The notes beneath the pieces were generated by a model that saw nothing but the letters and a program-made list of their open reading frames with translations, searched no databases and was not told the DNA's origin. From assembly GCF_006345805.1 (NCBI RefSeq), contig NC_043017.1, forward strand, positions 8,122,001 through 8,186,000: a stretch of DNA of 64,000 nt, given 5' to 3'. The translations under genes and the position numbers were made by a program. How positions within the stretch are numbered: position 1 is the stretch's first letter; each line of letters starts with the position of its first letter. This DNA comes from Octopus sinensis. Lineage: Eukaryota. Positions 1-12,968 of the stretch are shown here, one piece after another.

Positions 1-463
1 TCATCATCATTTAACGTCCATTTTCCCTGTTGGTATGGATTGCAGGCTTGACTGGAGCTGGCAAGGTCAGGGGTCACACCAGGTTCCATAGTTTGTTTTG
101 GGTTGGTTTCTGCAGTTGGATGCCCTTCTTAACACCAACCATTTTACACATTGTACTGGGTGCTTTTTATGTGGCATCATCACCAGTACTTACACATACA
201 CACACACACTCACACGTGTGTATGTGGTGAGCTTCCACACAGTTTCCAGCTACCAAATTCACTCACAAGGCATTTGGTCAGCCCCAAGGCTATAGTAAAA
301 GGTTTCACACAGTGGGACTGAACCTAAGATCAAGTGGTTGGGAAGCAAGCTTTTTAACCACACAACCATGTCTATGCCTGAAGTTGAATGCATAATTCCT
401 GTTCCCAAGTTATCTATTAATTTCATATGATATAAATATATATACATACATGTATATATACAC

Positions 464-690
464 GGCGAGCTGGCAGAAACGTTAGCATGCTGGGCGAAAT
501 GCGTAGCCGTATTTCGTCTGCCGTTATGTTGTGAATTCAAATTCCGCCGAGGTCGACTTTGCCTTTCGTCCTTTCGGGGTCGATAAATTAAGGACCAGTT
601 ATGCACTGGGATCGATGTCATCGACTTAATCCCTTTGTCTGTCCTTGTTTGTCCCCTCTATGTTTAGCCCCTTGTGGGCAATAAAGAAAT
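464..690 (+). mobile_element. tRNA-derived SINE family A, young subfamily
   Basis: A-box-like GGCAGAAACGTTAGC and B-box-like GAATTCAAATTCC; near-identical copies at 9793-10000 and 15470-15612; many diverged copies across the window. Confidence 0.85.
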
Positions 691-699
691 ATATATACA

Positions 700-735
<36 letters not shown>

Positions 736-2088
736 CAAAGCATGCATCATGTATAATGTATATAACACTTTCAAGATCCTCTTGACAATCCTTGTTTTCC
801 CTGCCCTAGCTCGCTGCCACAGAAGCCCATGCTGCACACTGGGAATCTCAAGCCAAACAACAACAACAACAATATTCTGAAGAATTAAAAGGGAAACATT
901 TGGAAAACAATCTGCATAAAGTAAGTAGAGTAAATAGTCTTAAAAAGTAAAGAGCTCCTTCAGTCATGAATAACCATGGGATTGCACCTAGAAATTTCCC
1001 CTCCTAGAAATGAGACTAGGCAAAGTTGTTTATGGAAGACCAGCAGTTGCCCATGCATACCAGCCTCCCTCTCCACACCATTATATGTACATAGGGTAAA
1101 GGGTAAAGACTCCCTTCTGTCATGAATGACCATGGGTTTGCACCAAGACAGTTCCCCTTCAAGTCACGAGTCCAGCCAAGGTTGTTTATGGAAGACCAGC
1201 CTCTCTTCTCCATGCCATCAATGTTATCCAAAGCAAAGGCAAAGGCTGATACAGCTTGGTACCAGTGACATCACAACTCATTTCTACAGCTGAGTGAACT
1301 GGAGCAACGTGAAATAAAGTGTCTTGCTCAAGAACACAACACACAGCCCAGTCCAGGAATCGAACTCATTACCTCATGATTGTGAGCCCAACGCTCTAAC
1401 CACTGAATCATGTGCCGCCTTCATATGGTCTTAACACCTATGATATAAGCATTCTACAAATGGTGTGGTATTCACAATTTAGTTATCATGATGTACAGGC
1501 ATTCTACACACTCTACAGTATGTACAGTTTAGCCATCATTGTGCATAGGTATTCTACACTCTATGGAATGGTCATCAATGACATTTCTTCACTGTTCTTG
1601 ACTCTGGGTTGTCTTTTCAGTTGGATCCCTGCTTTTTCATCTCTCCCTCAATATCCCACCTTGAGAAAAAGCCATCTTCTCCCAAGTCTTATCACTTTTG
1701 TATTGTCATTGATGTATTTTGCCTGGCATGCTGGCAATTCTGCCAGCTCACTATCTCAATTATATCCCCATATTGAGATCAAATATTACCAGGGTCAGAA
1801 TTAGTTGTCATTTATCCTTTGGGAGTAGTGGGTTAGGGTCAGTTCATGGCTGTAGTACTTCAAGTATTTTGTGATATTTACAATCTGGTGGTTCAATTTC
1901 TGCTGAGGCCATATCTATCTTTCACCCTTTCAGTGTTAAGTATTGGACGTTAATGCTATTGTCTCACCCTTCCACTCTACTCCCCTAAAAACTCCTGTCC
2001 TTGTACCAAAATTAGAAACAGTTATTTGATATCAAATCAACATAACACTAATTAGAATACTCTCTATTATGTTCTTCTCCCACTCCAG

Positions 2089-2236
2089 GCACAACAACAG
2101 GCTTGTATCCAAGTGATTTCTCAAGATCTGGACAATGCCAGGAGAACTGCTGATGACCTCCAGAAACTACTTGATGAACGCCAGAAACAATTGCAGTCAG
2201 AACTGGAAAATGCTAACATGTCAGAACAAATGATTG
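2089..2236 (+). CDS. CNTRL: Centriolin-like exon (AQQQACIQVISQDLDNARRTADDLQKLLDERQKQLQSELENANMSEQMI)
   Basis: Acceptor ctccag, donor gtcagt, phase 0/1, coiled coil. Confidence 0.85.
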
Positions 2237-2633
2237 GTCAGTGTATAAATGAATTTTAAGCTATTTACTAATGCTTTTTTTTGTTGATATTGTTACTGCT
2301 GCTGTTGTTGTTGTTTATTCCTCACCATGCTATTTGGTCAACTCAGTAAGAGCTGATCTATAATCAAAAGTGTTTCCAACAATGATTGTCCCCACCTTTT
2401 CTCAGGAATTGCATAGCTAAAAATATATTTAAGCACTGTGTCTCTACCTTTACAAAACCAAAGGTGTGGTGGTGATTTGAAACCTAACCGCTAGGTAACT
2501 GGTCAGACACCACAATCAAGCCGCAATACTTTCATGTGGTCAGTGTATTAAACAACTAATTCTGCGTTCACCTCTTCTGAAGGAAGTTGCCAAAACTGAC
2601 TACCCATTTGTTTTTCTTTTTGGAATCCTTCAG

Positions 2634-2747
2634 CTGGTCAAGAAGAAGAACTGAGCCATCTGTATAACATTCTGGAACAACAGCGAGATGAGATCAGTAA
2701 CTTGAATGGTGCCTTGGATCAACTTTACGGCCAAAACCCAGACGCAA
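2634..2747 (+). CDS. CNTRL: Centriolin-like exon (AGQEEELSHLYNILEQQRDEISNLNGALDQLYGQNPDA)
   Basis: Acceptor cttcag, donor gtatga, phase 1/1. Confidence 0.85.
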
Positions 2748-3764
2748 GTATGAAAAAGTTCATTCTGCCCAATATGTACGTATGTATGTATGTATGTATG
2801 TATGTATGTATGTATGTATGTATGTATGTGTGAGTGTATGTGTGTATATGTATATATGTATGTACGTATGTGTGTGTGAGTTTGAGCATCTGTGTGTGTG
2901 TGTGTGTGTGTGTGAGTGTGAGCATATGTGTGTGTGTGAATGTGAGCGTATGTGTGTGTGTGAATGTATATATGTATGTACGCATGTGTGTGTGTATTTA
3001 AGTATGTATATATATATGTACACATGTGCATGTGTGTGTGTATGTATGTATGCAAGCATCTATGTACAAACACACATACATATATATGTGCATATAAATA
3101 TATAAGCACTGTATTCTTGAGCAACACACTTCATTTCATGTTGCTCCAGTTCATTCAGTTGGCAAACATGAGTAATCCTGTTACAGACCAGTGTCCCATC
3201 AAAGGAAGGACTATATACACTGCAGAATCTGAGAAGCTGTTCTTATAAGCCTTTGGCTCATGAATGTTTGTATGATTGTGTACAGAAGAATGTATTAATC
3301 AATGAAGTTCCAACTTAATCTGATTTTCACATTTTATTATTTACAATTTTTACAATACTGAAATAAACCAGTGCTTTCATGCAATCATCAGACTTATGTA
3401 GTGACAGTCATGTTCCACAACTCTGTGTGTGTGTGTGTGTGCGCGCGCGCTCGCATGTGTGCGTGCGTGTGTGTGTGTGTGTGTGCTTCTTTTAGTTTCC
3501 ATTGACCAAATGCACTTACAAAGCTTTGGCTAGCCTGGAGTTATAATAGAAGGCACTTGACCATGGTAGTGTGCAGTGGGACTGAACCTAGCACCACATT
3601 GCTGGAAAGCAAGCTTCTTAACCATGTAGCCATGTTACACCTATGTAACCTATGTAGCTCACATTTAAATTAACCAATCTTTTTGCATCCTAATTCTGAC
3701 CTTAAACTAAGGATCCTAACATTTTCAGTAAAGGAAGATTTAGGAATCTTTTTCTTTCTTCCAG

Positions 3765-3907
3765 GAGGGTCATCTTATGATGCAGAAGTGAACAGACTCC
3801 GTGATGAAGTTAACTCTTTGAGAGAGACACTAGCCATGCAATCTTCTTATATGGAAAATATGCCCAAATTTTCAACAGGTACCTCAACAGATCCCCATCT
3901 ACCTCAG
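3765..3907 (+). CDS. CNTRL: Centriolin-like exon (GSSYDAEVNRLRDEVNSLRETLAMQSSYMENMPKFSTGTSTDPHLPQ)
   Basis: Acceptor ttccag, donor gttagt, phase 1/0; resembles centriolin ELRREVSYQNDYISSM. Confidence 0.85.
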
Positions 3908-5968
3908 GTTAGTAGCATATATTCTGCTATGGTGTAAGCTGATTCATGATAAGCAGTGAATAAATTTAAAGTTTCAGATCTTTGCCTTTTTATAGTTTCC
4001 ACATAATAAATGATTTACTTCAGGCAACCAAAATTATAGCAACAGTTCTCCTCACTCTATGACAAAATGCAGGGGCATGGAGCTAAGAATCAAAGGTATC
4101 CATTGTCAAAAAATGGTTGAGAACCACTACATTAAAACCTTCTACATATGATGTATCTCAAATAACAATCCAGCTGCTTATTTATCTCTGGATGGATATT
4201 CAAAATACATCATTTACAGAAGATTTATTTACTGGATTATAACATATTTGCTGGTTTATAACACATACTTTTTTTTTTATTAAATGTCTCAAAAAATCTC
4301 CCCTGTTTGTTTGTATGAAGTTAGGCCTTCCATAAGCTTTTATGCACTAAAGACATTTTTTTCCTGAATATGTGCTGCTGAAATTGGGGTACATCAAACA
4401 TGCCCATTTGTCTTTTATGCCATCATATAGAGAACATATTTTTCAATGCTTCTAAATTTATGCTTTAAATGTAGATATCACATTAAAATTGTTTTGTCAA
4501 CCTGTATAGAATCCAATGATAAATACATGTTTTATGGGTTTTTTAAATGAACTTTCAAAGACAACAGTCAGTTCACATAGTTGTGTATGTAGTTGTGTAC
4601 AATCGTCTTTAATATATTCATGAACACTTGAACATGGAAAGATATATGCTGCAGAAATTGCCTCAAGGGAAAAAATTCTTTTTATAGACTATATTTGTGG
4701 AAAACATACCTTTGAGCTATGAATGACATCATCAGACCATAGGATGCATGCATTTCTGTATCATTGTGTGTCATCAGTTGTTGATACAGAATTATTATTT
4801 ATTGGTTCCAAATTCCAACATGAGGCCCACAATTTTTTTTCTTTTTTTGGTGAGGGGTAAGTTGATTGGGTGGGGAGTAAGTCAATAAAATAAGTACCTG
4901 TCAGGTACTTATTTTATCGACCCTGAAAGGATGAAAGGAAAAGTCGACGCCAGTGCCGTTTGAATTCAGAACATAAAGTCAGAAGAAATGCTGCTAAGGA
5001 TTATGTCCAGTGTGGTCATGATTCTGCCAGCTCACCACCTTTATTGCAACTAAGAACATGTTGTTCTTATATAAGGACAGCGAATGGTACATTTGTTAAT
5101 GTGCAAGTTGTAACCAATTAAGTGGATGCACACTAAGTTGCATTGAATGAAATACATTTGTGTACAATCATATTTAACATGTTCATTTACACTCAGGCAA
5201 TGAAAGATATATACTGCAGAAGTTGTCTCAAGAGGAAAAAAATTTTCTTTATAAACAATATATATGAAAACCAAACCTTTGGGCTATGAATAACATCAAC
5301 CGACTGTTGCACACATGTATTTCTGTATTATTAGGCACTGTTGCACTTCAATGACTACAAAAACTACGTTGTCCTTCATAGCCACTAAGAACAGGCTGTT
5401 CTGATAATAGAACGGCAACAGGTACAGTTGCTGATATGTGCAAAGATTTGGCAAGCTATAATTAATTAAGTAGAGGCACACTAAGTAGTGTTAAAAAAAC
5501 CCACAAAAAACACTTGTTTCAATCATTGGATTGCTAGGGCACCATCTTGAAGTGTTTTAGTCAAATATATTAACCCAAGTACTGGTAAGTATTCTATTGG
5601 TCTCTATTGCCAAACTACTTGGTTACAGGGAAATAAACAAACTAACACTGATTGTCAAGTACTTAGTGGTGGTGATGGACAAACATGGACACACACACAC
5701 ACACAATAGGTTTATTTCAGTTTCTGTCAACCAAATGTACTCACAAGACTTTGGTCAGCATCAAGTCAATTGTAGAAAACACTTGCCCAAGGGACTGGAC
5801 CAGGAACCCTTTACTTAGGAATCAAACTTCTTACCACACAGCCACACTTATTGTATTTAATACACAGTTTTTTCTTTAGGTTTTTTTGTGTTGCTTTGCT
5901 TTTTATCCATCATCTTAACTCACTGGACTTCCAAATAGTTTATATATTTCCATAATTATATTCTACAG

Positions 5969-6062
5969 ACACAACCCACTTTACCACAAGTCAGCAACGC
6001 TCAATATATCTCTGATGACCCTGGTCATTTTAATGGATTTCAAGCTTTTCCAAGTGACAATG
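5969..6062 (+). CDS. CNTRL: Centriolin-like exon (TQPTLPQVSNAQYISDDPGHFNGFQAFPSDN)
   Basis: Acceptor ctacag, donor gtaacc; phase 0/1 fits both neighbours. Confidence 0.75.
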
Positions 6063-7035
6063 GTAACCTTACTTTTAATGATTTATTATTGTCGTCAATA
6101 GTTTTGTAAAAGTCACTACATTCCCCCTATCTCTATATATCTATTGGTCACTGTTGGTTTTGTTGACTGTGCAGAATATACTTCAAGGAGGAGTGAAGTT
6201 TAATAAAACTGAAAAATGTCCATTATTTTCACCTGTTCACTTTAAAGAGCAGATCTACTATATTCTACATTGTCTGTATTGTCCAGCAATTTCAGTCAAC
6301 TGACCTTATAGGAATTATCTCCCTTAATTATCGTGTTTTTTTTAATATTTTAAATACACCTAAAAGTTTTTTTTTTCTACTAATTGTATAGATAATCTCA
6401 GTTGACCAAGATTTTTCAGTTCACTACATTGCATAAGGGAAACTATGTTATATTTGTATTTTGTATGTACAACACTGCCTTAAGGCATTTTCACTGTCGT
6501 TGTTAAAGTAGCTATCATATTGTATAGGAAGTTACAGTTTGTGTGTGAGGTGAATCTTGCATTTGTGTGTGTGTGTGTGTGTGTTTATATGTGAGTATTT
6601 GTTCATATATATGTGTTTGTACATATTTGTCTACATATTGTCATCATCATCATTTAACATCTCTTGTCCATGCTGGTATGGATTGGACAGTGTGGCCAGA
6701 GCTGGTAAGCTGGAGGTGGCGGGTGCACCAGATTCCACTCTGATGATATGGTTTCTATGGCTGGATGCCCTTTCTAATGCCAACCAGTTTACAGAGTATA
6801 TTGGGTGTTTTTACATGGCACTGTATGGGCGCTTTTACATGGCACTACACAGGTGCCTTTTATGTGCTGCCACATGGGCAGTTTTATGTGAGGCTGCATG
6901 GACACTTTTATGTGGTACCATCATGTGTGCTTTACACTACTGTATTTATAATTATATGCATATTGTGTATTTAATTTTTATATTTTTTTTACCCATGTAT
7001 CTCACAAATAATTTAATATCTTTCTTCATCTTTAG

Positions 7036-8364
7036 ACTACCAGATATCACCTTCACCATTCAATCAGACTGCTGCTCCACAAGTGCCTCTAGAACTATCA
7101 CCAACTCTTCAACAAGTCTCTCCTCCTAAAAACGTATATATCCAACCTCAACCTGTCTCAGTAAACAGTAAAGATAGAAGAATGGATATGGCTTACATAC
7201 CTTCAAAACAGCCATCAAACTTTGGCAGTATATTGGTGCAACCAGACCATGTAGGGAGTGAGTCAGTGCAGCAATTCACCAATGAAGCAGAACAGTATGA
7301 TGCACCTGATCACCCAGTACCAGAGAAATCAACAACAGTACATTTGACCCCTCATGCAAACAGAAATTTAGATATTGCTCCTCAAAACCCCTTTCATGCT
7401 GATATTATTTCATCTGGTAATTCACCCACTTGGCAGGGTGTAACTACAAAGTTTCCTTCTAATGTTGTAACTTCATCTCCTAAAATTATACAACCATTTC
7501 AGACACAGCCAATATTATATGTGGCTTCACCTGAAAAGGCAGACCATAGGAATCACACTCAGGCAGGGGCTATTACACAGAAAATTTCCTCACAACCTGT
7601 GAAGAATTCATGTTTATTAACTCCTGGCGTTGAAGAACATTTAATACAACCTGAAAACTCAATGTATCCAGTAAATCCCACTGGAAGTCACTATCAAAAT
7701 TATAATCCTCTGAAAACAGTATCTTTCAAACAACCATTTGTTCAGTCTACTTCAGAAAGCCATGATACTGCAGATTCAAATTTAACAGGAACCCTTCTGC
7801 CTAGACGCCCTATTAGGTTTACTTCAGGATCACAATACAGGGAGCCATATAGACACTCAGTAAATCATCAACCACAGCAACTATATACTGTTACAAACCA
7901 TCAACCACAGCAGTTATATACTGAAATAGAACAGCAACCACAACAACTATATTCTACAACAAACCAAAGACAGCAACTGTTTAATTCCACAAACTATCAA
8001 ACACAGCAGCCTCAACCGCTATATAATACAAGCCATCAACCACAACAGGTACATAACACTGCAAGCCATCAACCACAGCAACCATATACTGCATCAAACC
8101 ATCAACCTCAACAGTTACATGCTGTATCAAGCTATCAGCCTCAGCAGATATTTACAACAGCAAACAATGAACCACAGAAATTATACAGTGTACAAGCACC
8201 AATCCACCCTCAAGCACCACCTGATGTCCAGACACATATGCATCCAAGTGGAAACATACAGTACCACACAGCAATTCCTGGCCCCCCAGTGGCTTCAAGT
8301 TCTCCGGTCAACCTGCACACAAAAGATTATGGAAGGCAACATGGGAAACAATTTAGTCCAATAA
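7036..8364 (+). CDS. CNTRL: Centriolin-like large exon (1329 nt), Pro/Gln/Ser/His-rich disordered linker
   Basis: Open frame (ORF 7083-8447), acceptor ctttag, donor gtaagt, phase 1/1. Confidence 0.85.
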
Positions 8365-8659
8365 GTAAGTTTTTTAGTATTTTTTTTTGTTGTTTCTGCA
8401 ATGTAGATTATATGAAATATTGTAGTGAGGTGAAGGTGCTGGATTAATGTTTATCCCATCATTAAAAGTTCAACTTGAATTTGTTCTTATTATCTAAATT
8501 TTTTATTTATTTATTTTCTTGCTTTACAATTCATGTGTGGTGAACCATGTATACTCAATTTTATGCATATGCACTTCGGATATGGGAACAGAGTTGGCTC
8601 ATTTTTAATAATGCAGTACTTTCCAGCGTTCTCCACATTTCATATGATGTAGTTACAGT

Positions 8660-8992
8660 AAAGGCCCCCTTCGGTCATGAATGACAATGGGATTGCACCT
8701 AGAAAGTTCCCTTCCGAGGCATAAGTCCAGGCAAGGTTGTTTATGGAGGACCAGCTGTCATCCATGCATACCAGCCTCCCCTCTCCACGCCACTAATGTT
8801 ATCCAAAGGAAAGGCAAAGGGGATGATACAGCTTGGTACCAGTGACATCGCAACTCTTTTCTACAGCTGAGTGAACTTGAGCTATGTGCAATAAAGTGTC
8901 TTGCTCAAAAACACAACATGCAGCCTGGTCCAGGAATTGAACTTGGAACCTCATGAGTGCAACAGTCTAACCACTGAGCCATGCACCTTCAC
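8660..8992 (-). mobile_element. SINE family G (tRNA-like head plus TTGAGCAAGACACTTTATT core)
   Basis: Matches 951-1415, where the 3' part is tandemly duplicated; heads also near 13380-13510, 25180-25280, 33195-33360 and 62750-62865. Confidence 0.8.
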
Positions 8993-9181
8993 TATGATGT
9001 AGTACACACATTTTATTTTTACTGACCAATGGAAAGATGTCATGAGAAATGATTTGCATATGATTAGCATGTTACACCATTAGCAAAAATTTCATCAGTG
9101 CAGTCAGGGTTAAAGCTAAATATAATGTATATAGAATGTATATATTGGGTTATGTTCTTAAGATTTGAAATTCCCTTTCAG

Positions 9182-9285
9182 AGACTGTTTTGGAATCAAA
9201 TGTGCAACCTACTTTTCCTTCTAGAACATGCTACCATCCAGAACATGAGGGAATGTTCTGTAATATTCCAGAACACAGCAATTTG
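9182..9285 (+). CDS. CNTRL: Centriolin-like exon (TVLESNVQPTFPSRTCYHPEHEGMFCNIPEHSNL)
   Basis: Acceptor tttcag, donor gtaaaa; CNIPEHxNL matches the centriolin CNVPEHHNL motif. Confidence 0.9.
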
Positions 9286-9364
9286 GTAAAACTATTAGGC
9301 CATTCCTATATTTCCTTTGTTTTGTGTATGTGTGTGTGTGTGTGTGTATGCGCGCGTGTGTGTG

Positions 9365-9397
<33 letters not shown>

Positions 9398-10369
9398 ATA
9401 ATTTTATGATTACAAGAGTTATATCTGAGCTTTTTAAAGTTTCCTGCTTTGGTAGTGCAGTAATTGTAAAGGCTTTATAATATGCTATGCATGATCCAGC
9501 AATTGGATAGACTTGTGTGGCATATCATGCCTGATCTGACAATCATTATGGTTCATCCATTCAGGTTTTAGAATCTGAACAATTGCCAGGCTGAGGTCTG
9601 TATACTAAACAAGCCTGTCTGATTACTATACTATCCAAGCACAGAACTTGAAGTATGGGTGCAGGCATGGCTGTGTGGTAAGAAGTTTGCTTCCCAACCA
9701 CATGGTTACAGGTTCAGTCCCACTGCATGGCACCTTGGGAAAGTCTCTTCTGCTAAAGTCTTGGGCCAACGAAAGCTTTGTGAGTGGATTTGGCTGGCAG
9801 AAACGTTAGCACGTTGGGCGAAATGCTTAGCAGTATTTCGTCTGCCGCTACGTTCAAATTCCGTCATGGTCAACTTTGCCTTTCATCCTTTTGGGGTCAA
9901 TTAAATAAGTACTGGGGTCGATATAATCGACTTAATCCGTTTGTCTGTCCTTGTTTGTCCCCTCTGTGTGTAGCCCCTTGTGGGCAGTAAAGAAATAAGA
10001 AAGTGAAAGAAGACTGTTGTGTATATTTGTGTGTGTGTGTGTGTGTGTCTCCCACTACTGCTCCACAACCAGTATTGGTTTGTGTATGTCCCCATAACTT
10101 AGCAGTTTGATAAAAAGAGACTGGTGGAATAATTATCAGGCTTTAAAACAAAAAATAAGTGCTAGGGTCAATTTATTTGGCTGAAAATTCTTCAAGGCAA
10201 GAATGTGTTTTAAAATGGTTGACATGATACTTCTATGATGTAAAAACCAGATTGATATGAATGAGCTACTTTTGGTGACACGTTTCAGCATATTGAAACA
10301 TTAGATAAATTATTATAACCTTGTAGTGATATTGATAAAATGACATTTCTTTTTTTCCTGTTTGGATAG

Positions 10370-10432
10370 GAACATCTAGTCGACAAACTACAACGGAAGC
10401 TGGCTCGATGGAAATCGAGGTTTCAATACCAG
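10370..10432 (+). CDS. CNTRL: Centriolin-like exon (EHLVDKLQRKLARWKSRFQYQ)
   Basis: Acceptor ggatag, donor gtgaag, phase 0/0. Confidence 0.75.
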
Positions 10433-10779
10433 GTGAAGTAATTTTTTAAATTTTTTCCAATCCATGGGGAATTCATAGGACCACTGCCTAACTTTAAGTA
10501 TTCTCCAATGTTTGGTAGATGAAAAATCATTCTCATCCTGGATAGGACACCAGTTTTTTTTTCTTTCTATGTAACATTCCTAGATGACCAGGCAATAATC
10601 CAGACCATACTCAGGCGAAGTAATATTTGGTCAACAACTTAGAGGCTAAACTGAATACTTGCAATGGGAAATGATCTCTAAGAGCTATGAACTAACTGTC
10701 TGATACTTTATCCATGATTTCCTCTTATATTGGTCATTAACAATTACACAGGAAGTCATCTCTTGCACTATTGAACTAT

Positions 10780-11510
10780 AACAGTGGTCATTTATGCACT
10801 GTACAATTACAGAAGTGATAATTGCAGTTGGTAGCAATTTAATCTACTGGTCAGTTAACTGTTGGTGGTCATTTAATTCACTGGTCTGTTGCAGTGACAA
10901 TTACACTGGTGGTCATTTCATGCACTGTCCAAATATAACAGCAGTCATTTTAGATTCTTTACAGCTCATAGTCATTAAATCTACTGGTCAATTACTGTAG
11001 CAATAATCTAATTTGCTGGCCAAATATGGTTGGTAGCAAAATATTTTCCTACTCTATTACTGTTACTGATCATTAACCCTACTGGTAAATCATGTTGGCA
11101 GTCATTTAATGGTTCGTCAATTATAGCTGGTGGTCATTTAATTTATTGGTCAGTTACAGTGGTGAGAATTTATTTTACTACTCTCTAACTGCTGGTGGTC
11201 ATTTTCTATAATGGTCAGTTACAGTTGGTGATCATTTGACATATCAATCAATTATGATTGGTGGTCATTTAATCTACTGGTCAGTTGGTGGTCATCTAAT
11301 CTACTGGTTAGCTACAGTAGTGGTAATTTATTTTACTACTCTATCCCAGTGATGATCATTAACTCTACTGGTCAATTATAGTGGCAATCATTTAGTGTAG
11401 TGGTCAGTTACAGAGTTGGTAATCTATTTTACTGCTCTATTAGTGTTGACCAGTTAGATAATTTACTCTATTGGTCAATTCCAGTGGTGGTCATTTAGTG
11501 TACTTATCAA
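10780..11510. repeat. Degenerate minisatellite, unit about 31-35 bp (GTGGTCATTTAATCTACTGGTCAGTTACAG-like), about 20 copies
   Basis: Repeated ggtcattt and ctggtca motifs. Confidence 0.85.
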
Positions 11511-12285
11511 TTATAATTTCATATTATTGTTTCCCCCACTGCCTCCTCTATCAAGTAACCATATATTCTGCCATAATGTTCCTTCAAACTAGACCCAATC
11601 ATATTATGAAAGGGTGCTTTTGATAATATTGCTGAAGGTATATTATTCTAGAAGGAAAAAACAGCATGATCACAGCTGGAATGACTGTATTACTGCTGCT
11701 CTAAGGCTGAATAACATTTTTCAGACTTACAAATGTTTTCATCATCATCATTATCAGCATCCTCATTTAATATCTGTTTTTCATACTGGCATGGGCTGGA
11801 CAGCTTGACAGGAGTTGGTAAGGTCAGGGGCTGAACCAGGTCCCATAGTTTGCTTTGGTATGGTTTCCACAAATGGATGCCCTTCCTAATGCCAACCACT
11901 TCAAAGTGTGTACTGGGTACTTTTTACATGGCACCAGTGCTTTTTATGCAGCACAAATGCTTTTTATGTGGCACCAGTGCTTTTTACATGGCACCATCAC
12001 CAGTGCTTTTATGTGGCACTATCACCAGTACTTTTCACATGGCTCCAGCACCATTGCTTTTTATGTGACACCATCATCAGTGCTTTCTCCATGACACCAG
12101 TGTTTTTATGTAACACCAGCACCAGTGCATCTTACGAGGTACCAGCACCAGTGCTTTTATGTGGTCTCCCAAATTTGCTTCAAAGTCACAAGTGAATTGC
12201 TTCAAATGAGATGCTGGTTAATAAGATATCCTGTGGCTGCTGTGTTAAACTTCAATTACTTCAATTGTGATATTCCTCCCCACAG

Positions 12286-12357
12286 ATGCAGAGGGAAGAA
12301 GCTGATACTTTACAGAAAAAGAGCAAGTTGATGTACAAACTGAAAGAACAGCTGGAG
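12286..12357 (+). CDS. CNTRL: Centriolin-like exon (MQREEADTLQKKSKLMYKLKEQLE)
   Basis: Acceptor ccacag, donor gtaaga, phase 0/0. Confidence 0.8.
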
Positions 12358-12807
12358 GTAAGATGATACCATCTTCATCATCATCGTTGTCACTAATGTC
12401 ATCGTCATATTCATCATCAACATCATTGTTGTCATCATTGACAACATCGCTGTTATCATTATTATAATCACCATCATCCTTGATACCTCACCATCTTCAT
12501 CAATATGATGATCATCATCCACATCATCATCACCATCATCATCACCCTTATCATCATCATCATATTCATCATAAACATCATCATTATCACAACTCCCTCC
12601 TTCTTCACTATCCTCCCCCTTCCCTTTTCCTCTTCATCACCACCACCACCACCACCATCATCATCATCATCGTCATCATCATCATCATCATCGTTGTTGC
12701 CATAGTCATCTTCATCAGCATCTCTCTCCTTTTTCTGGACCTGTATCCCTTACTGATAGCCTTTCCCTAACAACCTAGTAAACTCTGACCTATCTTGCAT
12801 ATTCTAG

Positions 12808-12968
12808 GAACGGCGGAATGAGCTGGAAGCTTTGGACTTGGCAATAGAACGTCAAAAGAGGAATCAGGAGAAGATGATGAAGGAGGAGAGACAGCTGATG
12901 CGTGACCATAAAGTGGCTAAGGAAGAACTGTTACGTCTACAACAGGCTTCGTCGCAGAACAGGAAACG
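12808..12968 (+). CDS. CNTRL: Centriolin-like exon (ERRNELEALDLAIERQKRNQEKMMKEERQLMRDHKVAKEELLRLQQASSQNRK)
   Basis: Acceptor ttctag, donor gtaaac, phase 0/2. Confidence 0.85.

Noticed and set aside
1340-1415. tRNA-like sequence on - (GGCACATGATTCAGTGGTTAGAGCG...GAGTTCGATTCC), and similar heads elsewhere
   Set aside because: The A and B boxes are present, but the anticodon and acceptor stems do not pair and the sequence continues into a SINE body. These are SINE heads, not tRNA genes.
3879-3884. Alternative donor ACAG|GTACCT inside centriolin exon 3765-3907
   Set aside because: It gives phase 1, incompatible with the phase-0 exon at 5969. Skipping 5969-6062 with this donor would restore the frame, but nothing in the sequence supports that.
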